Positions 39,101 to 50,000 of a stretch of 64,000 nt of DNA are shown in pieces. The notes beneath the pieces are model-generated. The model was given only the letters and a program-made list of their open reading frames with translations. It searched no databases and had not been told where the DNA came from. The stretch is taken from assembly GCF_037042905.1 (NCBI RefSeq), contig NC_087247.1, forward strand, positions 12,896,001 through 12,960,000, read 5' to 3'. A program made the translations under genes and the position numbers. The stretch is from Lytechinus pictus (taxonomy: Eukaryota). The stretch's first letter is position 1, and every line of letters starts with the position of its first letter.

Positions 39101-39277
39101 CCTACCACACCAACTACACCTACCACACCGACGACTCCGACTACACCAACTACTCCTACGACACCAACTACTCCTACGACACCCACTACACCTACGACAC
39201 CTACCACTCCTACAACACCAACCACACCTACAACACCGACCACACCAACAACTCCGCCGACTGAGCCAACAACATAG
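36169..39277 (+). CDS. Gene D: 278-aa secreted protein; signal peptide, 8-Cys domain, RFRR site, SGSFSGSHSGSHSG, long (TTP)n tail
   Basis: Exons 36169-36229 (cag|ATGAAG, MKVAIVATILISISIALHSS, 61 nt, G|gtgag), 37172-37453 (282 nt, phase 1/1) and 38784-39277 (ETNQRFRRSGS...TTPTTP...TEPTT*); 837 nt in frame. Upstream non-coding exon donor CAAG|gttagt at 35516. Confidence 0.88.
36888..37117. repeat. ~117-bp tandem duplication in a gene D intron
   Basis: ttatagtgccacttttggaaacgacatagtgcc...tgtttcagtgcgatct occurs twice, nearly identical. Confidence 0.9.
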
Positions 39278-39324
39278 CTAGAATTGGAAAGTGTTCCTAT
39301 TCCATAACTTGGAATAGTCAGTAT

Positions 39325-39597
39325 TCTTACAAAGAGTTGCGATTGATCTGATCAACCACAACTATGGAAAGCCAGCAACGCCAACATCTAAAATGCCCGT
39401 TTGTTCAAAACGCTTTCTATATGTATTTTCACATAGGTCTCGTCTTTTGTTTTGTTTTCTTGGCAATTCTGTATACTCCTCTTTGTTTACAAAGGACATA
39501 GTGCACATTTCCTGAAGAAAACAAAATATGACATTGATAGATTTCCATATAGGTAAGGTTGATTGGATCAATTGCAACTCTTTGTAAGACGGGGCCT
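39325..39597. mobile_element. Harbinger-like MITE immediately after the gene D stop codon
   Basis: Same family as 21307-21580 and 45091-45366. Confidence 0.7.
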
Positions 39598-39875
39598 GAT
39601 CTATATTACCAGGTAGATCGAGATCTACATGTAAATATCGATATGGACTGCATATGGAGGATGCCAGTTTGACCGAGGACATGGTCAGGCCGGGCGGTAC
39701 GGGAGCATATGAGCCGAAACAAACCGGGAAACAAACTTGAAATATGTCTAGATTATTTATTAAAGCAGCCCACATTTTTTATGATTATAGGCCTGATGAT
39801 TTAAATATTAAAGAGATCTAGGCCTAGACCTATCTGAACAGTTACTGGGTATTGCAACAGCTAATCCCAGATCTA

Positions 39876-40108
39876 CACTGATAACAATAATTTAAACAAC
39901 GCTCTTTACTATGTGAATCGCAAAGTAGTTGTTTAAACATTTAAACAAGGGTGTAAAATCTTAAACAACACAGTTTTAATTCAAATATTTAATCATCAAT
40001 AATTGAGGCATCGTTGTTTAAGATTTTAAACACTTGTTTAAATTGTTTTAAACAACTACTGTGCGATTCACATAGTAAACATTGTTGTTTATATTATTTT
40101 TAACAGTG
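39876..40108. mobile_element. Foldback element with CACTG...CAGTG ends
   Basis: Long inverted arms tttactatgtgaatcgca..agtagttgtttaaa / tttaaacaactact..tgcgattcacatagtaaa. Confidence 0.65.
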
Positions 40109-40419
40109 AAAAGTTCTAACGTTAGATCTGTTATATTCATGTTATTAGGAATAGATCTAACTGTACATTAGTCGTCTTTTCTGGGATTGTCTTTTTTTCC
40201 TAACGTTAACTTAAAATGAGCCAACGCACTTCAGCCGAGCAACTGGTGACGAGTACAGAGAAAAGTGAAGTGTTTTTGCATTAGATATACTCTAACTAGA
40301 CCTAGATCTATAGCTATAACTTAGGCCTAGCCTAACTTACTAACGTTAGACTAGAGTTATATAGATCTAGATCTATAGCGTTAGATCTAGCTTTTTGTTC
40401 TAACTTAACATTAGGTCTT

Positions 40420-40655
40420 ACCTGACTTTTGCGAGCCTTGATGATTGATCAACGATTAACTTGTTTCAATACTCTTTCCTATACATGTAGGCTTAGGCTA
40501 GTGTTGTTTTTAAACAATATTCAGTAACATATTAGGGATCATAGAACAAGAAGTCAAGAGTGCTATCGTATCGAATATATCGAATATGCCATTTCCGGTA
40601 CGCACACGCGCGCACGACACGCATAGGCATGCGCATAGGTCACGATGCGCAAGTT
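40420..40655 (-). promoter_or_regulatory. Candidate housekeeping-type promoter and first exon, minus strand
   Basis: ETS-type accggaaatggc (40588-40599), NRF1-like gcatgcgcat/tgcgca (40627-40651), local CpG cluster, and a strong donor CAG|gtaaga at 40422/40421. Confidence 0.5.
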
Positions 40656-40677
40656 TGTCATATAAGATTATTTAAGA

Positions 40678-40890
40678 TGTATTCTTTATGTGTAATTAGA
40701 TTATCTCTATAAATATGAAAATCATCAGTTAAATCGCGCTAGTATTATGGTATCCGAAATCGCCGCAATAAGCAACCCTTTTTACGTATTCTATTTATGT
40801 GTAATTAGATATATATCTCTATAATATGAAAATTATCAGTTTAATCGCGCTAGTATTATGGTATCCGAAATCTCTGCAATAAGCAAACTT
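40678..40890. repeat. ~109-bp tandem duplication
   Basis: tattct..ttatgtgtaattagat...aatcgcgctagtattatggtatccgaaatc occurs twice. Confidence 0.8.
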
Positions 40891-41524
40891 TTTGATGTAA
40901 TCAAATGTTGATCTCGACCAAATTTCTTTTTAATATGACCGTTACTAAGTGACAACGCGCAAAAATCTTGTAGTAAACTATGCCAATTTCCCTTGGTGAC
41001 CACCTTAGTTACTATAATTGTTTTGCAGGCAAAGTGAAATATATGACCGCACCAATCAGATGACTGGATTATTCTTTTAAAAAGAAGTTTATGCATAATA
41101 GTAACACAAAAATATTTGCATATTGTTTTTCACATTTCCTTCCATAATATTTCAAATACATTTGTGTTCTCATTTGATTTGATCAGTTTCTTCTCCATTC
41201 ATATACAATTTTTGAATATACGTATAACAAGAATATGGTGATTACATTTTGCACATTGGTTGAATTATACAAGAATAATAGATAAGGTGTAGAAAATATA
41301 CCACACCTTGTCGCTTTGGAAGCTCCAAGGTAAAATGAAGTATATATGTATAATCTATTTTCCATATTATGTGGTATATCTTCCAGCTATACAGTTGTAA
41401 TACAATAAAGCAACTAAATTTGTAAGGATAGAAATTTCTTGGTGTGTTTCTATTTTTCCAAACATTATTGGATTTTTTTTTTAACAAGTGCACACCTATT
41501 TACCAATAATGCGTATAGCATTTT

Positions 41525-41633
41525 CATTTATTTGAATGCGGGATAAAATGTCTTAGGTGCCGTGGTCGGGGATCGAACCCCGGACTTTCCATGTATAGCC
41601 AGTCGCCATAGACCATTCGGCCACGGCACCTCC
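41525..41633 (-). mobile_element. tRNA-derived SINE head
   Basis: ggaggtgccgtggccgaatggtctatggcgactggctatacatggaaagtccggggttcgatccccgaccacggcacc. Confidence 0.6.
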
Positions 41634-42188
41634 ACTTAAAATGGATTAAAATGCTTGATCGAGTCAATTGATGCTCATTGTAAATCTCTTGTGTGTGCGT
41701 GTGAGGGCCCTGAGGTGCGTGTGTGTGGGTGTCTATATTGCTGTGTGTGTGATCAGTAGGGGTGGATGGGTGGTGGGAGAGAGAGATAAATAGATAGTGT
41801 GTGTGTGTGGGGGGGAGCTTGTGTGTGTGTGTGTAAGAGAGAGAGAGAGCAGAAGAAGAAATAAGATTATGTCTGGGCCTGAGAGTAAACAACTTGACAT
41901 ATAAAGTTTTCTATTTGTTCAAAGAAAAATGAACTTCAAATAGGAGTCATAGGAAAATAATCATACATATAAACAAAGATTTAATAATGAATTTCAAATT
42001 AAATCTGGGAGAGAGAGCTATACATAAAGGGTGTGTGGGGAGGGCGGGCTTGTATGTGGGTGGGTGGTTGTGTGTGAGAGAGAGAGAAGTAGACGAAGAA
42101 ATAGGATTGTGTCTGCATTTATTAGCATGCCGAGTATACGACTTGACTATTTGTTTTAAAAAGAGATTGATAATGAACTTTGAATAGA

Positions 42189-43317
42189 AGTGGCGTACCG
42201 TGGGTCACAGCATTCATTGGGGGGAGGGGGGGCACCAGCAAAAATTTGAGTCACTCAGTGGGCACGCCAAGAGCACTCAATAACCAGATATAGGCCTACT
42301 GACCCAATAGAGACATTTTAAGGACCGTGCCATACATTGTGTATCTCACTGATCAAATAACGCAAGCGCGAGCTGAACATTTTTTATATTCAGACCTAAA
42401 AAGAGACAATATAAGCAAATTTTTGTGATCATGATACATACCTCTCTCACTAAACAAAAAGTGCGATCGCGAAACGCGAGCTGATATTTTTGCATATTTT
42501 GACCCCAAACAGGGACATTTTAAGGACTACATTTTAGGAATTCATGAAGACCATACATATCTCACCATAGTCATCTTATGCAAGCGCTTGCAGATTTTGT
42601 TTAGAATTACACATGAAGCGCTTTTTGTAGTCATTGTAATCATGAACATGATACGTATCTCACTAATCAAATACTGCGAGCGCGAAGCGCGAGCTGAAAT
42701 TTTTTTAAACTCGATCTGAAGAGGGGCATTCTAAGGCTTGTTTGTAGGAATTCATTATGACCATACGCATTTCACTAACCAAATGATGCGAGCGCAAAGC
42801 GTGAGCTGAAAAATTTTGATATTCAGACCAGAAAAGGGGATTATTTTAAGGCATTCATAAAGAGCAGCATATCTCACTAATCCACTAATGCGAACGTAAG
42901 CACAGACTGGAAATATCAGATCTTGAAAGGGGGCAATCATATAAGTAGTCATGAAAAATAAGCATGTCACTACATAAAATAATAAAAAAACTCGAGTGCA
43001 AGGAGATGTATTTGGTGTAAATTGACTCAAATACGAGATGTTTTAGTACCTTATAATCCCCTTGAACGGGATTATTTATCTCATTAAACAGACAATGCGA
43101 GCACTTTGAATGATGAACACATACGCCTTATAAAGCAAATTATGTTTTATAAAGTTACGAAAAAAAAAATTCTTACATAAAATAATATAATATATATATA
43201 AAATATACAATGATTTCTTCTTCCCCCACTACGTTTCTTTCCTTCTACCTCACTTTCTCCTTTTTCCCTGTTTTTTTTGGGGTACGAGCCTCCCCCCCCC
43301 CCATAGTTATGCCACTG
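42189..43317. mobile_element. Non-autonomous DNA transposon (agtggcgtac...atgccactg ends) with internal gcgagcgcgaagcgcgagctga subrepeats
   Basis: Inverted termini; inserted in the second copy of a local duplication (41930-42007 vs 42170-42187 plus 43318-43382), with aatag on both flanks. Confidence 0.7.
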
Positions 43318-45090
43318 AATAGGAGTCATAGTAAAACCAAACATATAAACAAAGGTTTAATATGAATTTCCAAATTTAATCTTTGAATAATAAAAATATT
43401 TCAGTATGATATAAAAAATGTGCACCAATAGTTTATTATGAATGGTAAAGTATTAAAAAGCATACATATACATGTATAATGCTATATGTTTATCATATTT
43501 AAGCATGAGATAACAAATGTGCACCAATTCATTATCATTTTCAAAGGTTTAAATTTTCAAAAATAGATATAAATTTGTTTTAATTTTCAGAAAATACATA
43601 CATATTAATGACTGCTATCTTAACTTTAAAAAGGTGACACAGGTTTGCAGCCGATTATCATCAATGTAAGATACAACATAAACAGGAATATATTCTAAGG
43701 TCTTTTTAAAGTACATGTAAATTGTGAAAGGGAATAAGATACATGCCAAAGACTGAGGGAGCAAAACAAAATTTGAATATCCTGTCTCCGTGCACATCAC
43801 AACGAACGTAGAGGGTGTCAACACATTGCAATGGTTGACACACTCTTAGCTCATTGATGAATAAGAGAATACTCTGTTAATATTCTATTGCACAACACAT
43901 TTAATGGGCCTCTTGACATTGGGAGTCGATTATTGTTGGTTTTGGGTCAAAAATTTTCTATACTTCCTTGTTCATGTCCACTATATTTTTTACTGTTCCT
44001 GCAATGATTTCTTCATACATGATGTCACATCCCCACTTTCCTTTTTCGTATGTTATTACATGAAATCATAAATGTTTCATTTTTCCATACATGTGTAAAT
44101 GATGTGTCTTCATTATGATGAAATGAGTTGCGGCAATAAATAACTAATGCACTTAATCAGTTGTCAATCCAATTGTTTTAGTTCTTGATAGAAATTTTTT
44201 GAATAATCCCTCAATAATTAAATTTCAATATTCAAAACCACAATGCAGTTGAATTATTAAATCATTTTCAGGGTCATATGAAAGAAAATTGGTTTGAGCA
44301 ATAAAAATTGAAAAAATGGAAATGATTAACAAAAATTCACATTATCAATTAAAAAAAGTGATTTGTGTCAATATGAATGGAGGCACCTTTAAAGGTATAC
44401 TTTTGTAAAATATTTGTTCCTATCTGTGATGGGAAATACCCAAGGATATACATTGGAAGAAATGTATCATAATCACAATGACAAGTTATAATGCAGGATA
44501 TCACAAAATTTTTCACTCGCACAATTTATATATAGCATGATATGAAAATGCATATTCATAAATTGATGTACATGAATATATCAAAATATGACATAATAAT
44601 ATACATGTATAAAATACAGTATTACATATCACATAAATTTATCTTTTCAATTCAAAATGTAACCATCAAGGTATGCATATACATTCAAATGAGTTACATA
44701 AAGATTTTGGTATGCCCCTCAAGAGAAGATAGAGCTTAAACGTGGCCACCTAATTAAAAAAGCTCACAAGATAATGAATTGTACAGGTCGAAAACAGATA
44801 AAAGAAACATAGTGATACAAAATACAAAGTACACTTTTAACACAATTTCAATGCAATGATAACCAAAGAAAAATGGGGATAAATATTGAAATCAAGTATT
44901 TGAAATATATATTATTCTCATGATATACAATTTATATCAGATAATACCTATCAAAACATTTCAGATGAGGAAACATTTTTTATAAAATTATGCACAGGGT
45001 TGTAAGCTTTGGCAAAAGATTGGTATGTCACAGATATTCTGTCAAGCAAAAAGTAAATAAAGGATGAAAATGGTACATGAGCCATACATC

Positions 45091-45366
45091 TGGGCCCCGT
45101 CTAACAAAGAGTTGCGATTGATCTGATCAATCACAACTATGGACGGCCAGCAAGGTCAAAATCTACTATGCATGTTTGTTCAAAGTATTTTCTAACTATG
45201 ATGTATATTCATGAATTCATTGGTTTTTTTTTTAATTCACTGTGCTTCTCTTCATTTACAAAGAACATTGTGCAAATTTCCTGTTGAAAAAATTAAGACA
45301 CTGATGGACTTCCATAGAGTTACGATTGATCGGATCAATCGTAACTCTTTGTAAGACAGTGCCCAG
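45091..45366. mobile_element. Harbinger-like MITE
   Basis: gggccccgtctaacaaagagttgcgattgatc ... gatcaatcgtaactctttgtaagacagtgccc. Confidence 0.75.
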
Positions 45367-47085
45367 ATCAACAATAAGGTTCCTCTGGGGGAAAACTTAC
45401 TATGATTTGATTCATAAAGAGATGAAGAAATATTGAATGATATCTTACAACATCAAACAAAAAGAAAAAAACAAAATCCTTTCATAAGTTTCATGAGAAA
45501 GATACTTAGTAAAATGTATGATGATATAATTTGAAGATATGCATGTAGATGTATTATAATACAAAATGAACATAAAACACATAATATGACTATTATTACA
45601 ATTTGACTTTCTCCCCTGTACAGAGGCTTGATTTACCCTGAATCCAGCAATTTGATTTTATATTAAACTCAATAGCAAAATTTTTCAGCCGTCTTCAGCA
45701 CTTTTGCAAAATGTGAAGGCTTTTTAAATGACACTTTCAGGGAGCTGAACTTTGCCCTTTGCCTGTGTTTTTTTTTTGGGGGGGGGGGGACAGGGGGGAA
45801 GGGGGGTGTAGTCGATGTGCAGTAATTAAGGAAACACATCTTAGCTTTTCAGAAGGAAAGAACTCACTGTATTACTCATGACTATGAATACAAATCTCCA
45901 TGAAGGCAAAACCAGGAATGAGGTTTGTTATGTTGCCATGGAGATAAACAAGAAGTAAACAAATTTAGAATGTAGAGGAATTTTTTTCGTACAGACTGAA
46001 AACACAGCTGGCTGTGGTTAGAAAAGGAAGTGATGAGATCCTTTATGTTTGTTTTGGCTGTCATATTCTTGATAATAGGAAAATAAACTGTGTAACATGG
46101 GTATTATTTTAAAGGTAGCAAATAGAAATTTGATGTCATAAAGCTATGGAAAATAGCATAATTACTTGGGGAAAGTTACAAGGAATGTTTTCTTTCTTCA
46201 CAAGTTTGGATTATTCTTACCGGAGCCTGTTTCAGAAAGAGTTGAGTTTGAACACAAGCCAGATAATCAAACATATATCCTAAATGTATGGTTCTGATTG
46301 GATGAAAATGAAGTTGTGTTTGATTTTTGGAGGTGAGAATGATTCCAACTCTCCTAAAACAGACGCCCTCATTTGATGCAGGGGTTCTACTGGTGAAATG
46401 CTCAACTTATTTCAATTATTTGAAAAGAAAAACTATTCAAACCATTCATATATTGAAATGTAAAGATAGGGATTAAAAGGGAATTGAAGGAATGAAAGGT
46501 TAATTCAAAGATACAACATGGCACTTCACAGGTTTCCTTGATTGTTATATAAAACTATGATGGCAAAATACCGTCCAAACCATGAATAAGAAACAACTCA
46601 ATCTTTATTTCAGATGATGGACCATAAACATATACTTGTAAACAATTATCTGTTTGTTGCAAGCAGCATTTCAAAGCTTCCTGTATCCTTCAGGAAATGT
46701 CCATATTTAACTGTAGGAACAAAGGATCAGTTGCCCCGAAAACCAAATTCTTCCAGAACTGGAATGTTCAAGGATAGTATTTTCAGAGGATAGTATTTTC
46801 AGAGGAAGATATCTCCATGAAACAAGATGTTAATGGCATGAATAAAAGGTTTTCCATGATTTTCAGTATGATCTGGACTTCCGAGAATGTTTTCAGCCAG
46901 AAATACCACTAAAAATCATTGCGATTCAGGCCTTTGATACACATGTTAACATGTTAAATGGCCTCAATTGGGATTATATGTTTGACCAAAAAGTCATCCT
47001 TGATCTCTTAAGAAGCTGTCCACAACGTTTGGATCAGGTTCTTGATGGCAGTGTTCTTCCTAGCCTGACCCTTTCCTACAAGAAG

Positions 47086-50000
47086 TCAAAGGGATGTTGT
47101 CATTGTTGAACTACTCACAACTTTCCACTTCTGCTTTATCTCCATGATGACATCTTGGCGATTAAGGTCAGGATGTCCGAGATGGCTAATCAGGTTGCGA
47201 AGGGTAGCATTCTTCGACATACCCCAGTCGTCAAGGAGTTTTCCACATGGGTCATAGCAATGCGGGTGTGGGGCCTCAAATTCCTTCAACATAGATATGG
47301 TGCAACCTAGTTGACCTGTTAATACGACAAATAAGAATACAAGCAAAAAAATCAATAAAAAAATGTCGATTTGCGAGATGATTATAAACAGATCACGAAT
47401 GTTTTGAATTATGAAATATTTCAAAATAAAACCCCACACGAAGGCATCAGATTCTGTTTTTTAGTTCATCAACCAATCAAGTACTTGGAATGACATAGAG
47501 CCATTTATAGAATATTTCATTAATAATACTATGTCTAATACTTGCAATCGATTAAAAATGGAGAGAAAATCTAAGGCACTTTTAAAGAAGAATTTTCTTT
47601 TGTTTAAAATACGTATATCCTCACAGAGTAAACTTATATCCTAAAGAGATGCAAAAATACCCCACACACTTTGTTCGGACAAATCTATGGTATGACAGGC
47701 CAAATCGTATTCTTGAATTTAAGTGTATGTCATTTTAATGGCATACACTGAAATTTAAGAATAAGTTTTTTTTACTTAAAAATTTATAACATTTAACTTT
47801 GTTGGGCTTTTCAATTTGAACTTCAACATAATTTTGTTAATGGTCTATATTTAACACAGTCAATGACATAAAGTTTGATCTTAATGAGGAATCCATATCA
47901 TTCCCAGCAACCATATATTATCCTTCAGTGGTTTTATGATTTGTTGTGGTTTTAAGTTTTAATCAATGCTGTTTAAGTTATTCTCCATAATATCAAATGA
48001 CAAGTTTTTGTTTGGGGTGGACTTGCCCCTTAAATATCAATGTTCTAAATAAGTCTCATTTTATTGTCTCATCCTTTCAGTAGGGCAAATAAAGATCCAT
48101 CTTTGACTCAAGATTCAATTTACATTTGTCATATGTTGTCTTAATTCACTTTTAAGTTACTTTCTTTATTTAATCCTTTCCAATCACTGTCCCTGATTGT
48201 TGCAGGGTTCAAACAAGCTGGATGAGCTTGAGCAGGAGGAAGATCAGAGTAGGAGCCTAGGGGGTGTCTTCAGACAAGATGGATCCACTCTCCAAGTTTA
48301 GCTCATATTTGCTATTTTGTATCACTTCATTGGTGAATTTTTGTTATAATTTTTACCTCAATGGTTCACTATATATTACCCCGGCTGTAATATATAGTGA
48401 ACCATTGAATAGGAAACTAGATAATTGGCGCCTCATAAATGCTAGGTATTGTTATTATTACTATTAGAGAGGAGTAGGAGGTAAAAATTATAACAAAAAT
48501 TCTCCAATGAAGTCAGGAGGAAAGTCAGAGTTGGGCTTGTCATGAGACAAAATGGATCAAATCTCTCCTTGTTTAACTCATTTTTGTTATTTTGCATCGT
48601 TTCAATAAGAGTTTATTTTCTTTCTTTACCTGCTAATCCTCTCCAGTCCCTGCCCCTGACTGTTGGTAGATTCATCTTGCTAGAAACAAGCTGAATGAGG
48701 TCAGACGGAAGGTCAGAGTAGGGTGTGTCCTCAGATAGGATCATCCCAGACGAGTCCAGTGATGGCTGCTTCTGAGATAAAAGAGTAATAAATGATGATA
48801 CTAATATCATTTTAGTGATTATGGAAAAGGACAAAGATAATGAGAAGGAGAAGGATAAAGACAAGGAAGAGGGAAAAGAAGCAAGAAGATTAAGGAAGAA
48901 GAATACAACAAAAATATGTTTATATACCATCTTCACAACAATGATAATATTACATGTATTTTTCAGGAGTGTTGATCCATGTTTAGGATTATGGAAGGGG
49001 GGCAAAAGTGAGAATTTTTTTCAGAATATTGGTGCACATCAAAGCATAATTCAGAACTTTCAGTGCAAAACGTGCCTTGTAAGATTAATTTACATGCATT
49101 TCCTTATTTTGAAACATTACCTCTTTCCCTTGGGCGACGATCCATTCTCTAACATCTCTGAACTTGAGGACATCTTCATTTCCACACCATAGAGGGCGTT
49201 CTCCAGAAACCTTAGTCAAATCAATGACATGGGAAATGGTATGGCCACTCAGCTCCTGCTGAAACTAGAGTTTAAAAAAAATAATTTCATTATCGATTTA
49301 TAACTGAGTGAGAGATCTCCTCAATCGCCCTCCCCCAAAGAAAGAAAAAAAAAATGAGTAGCAATTACTGAATATCATTAAAAATTATCACAAAGAATAC
49401 AGAAGCTCCGATGGGGACCCTCCTAGCTAGATCTCTAGATAAACTCTAAAGTTAATTTCTTTCTTGCATTAATCAAACAGAAGTGTAGATGAAGTTCAAA
49501 TATCATCTGGATCCTTAAGCAAGTTTCACGCACATCTTAAAGAAACTTGGAGTAACTTAACCCTGAGCTAAGCAAATTTAGAACATGTATTTTACTATCA
49601 TCTCTACTAGTACCACTTCTACGCCTACTACAACTACTGCTTCTTCTGCCATGATTCAAATCTTACTTCTAAGCATCACATATAAATAAAAAACAATGAA
49701 TTTGATTATCATACATCTGAAATACCATGGAAAAGAAAACATTAATTGACAAACCCAAACAACAAGAAATACCATGAGAAGAAACTGTTAAAAGCCCAGC
49801 TTCTAATTAAATTTCAGTGTCTCCTTTGACACAGATAATTGGTTGCATCTAGCAAGTAAAACTTAAAAATTATTATGGAAGTATGATTTACGATGATTTT
49901 TTTAGAACGCAAGTGTGAATAAAAATGTAGTACTTACCATGCATTTTTTATGCAAAGGACATGGTGGTCCTAAAACAAATCTGTCATCAGATTTCATCAC

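Noticed and set aside
38827-39281. (VVG)n minus-strand ORF and Q/H/L-rich plus-frame ORF
   Set aside because: Antisense and alternative-frame shadows of the (TTP)n exon of gene D, which has the proper acceptor and frame.
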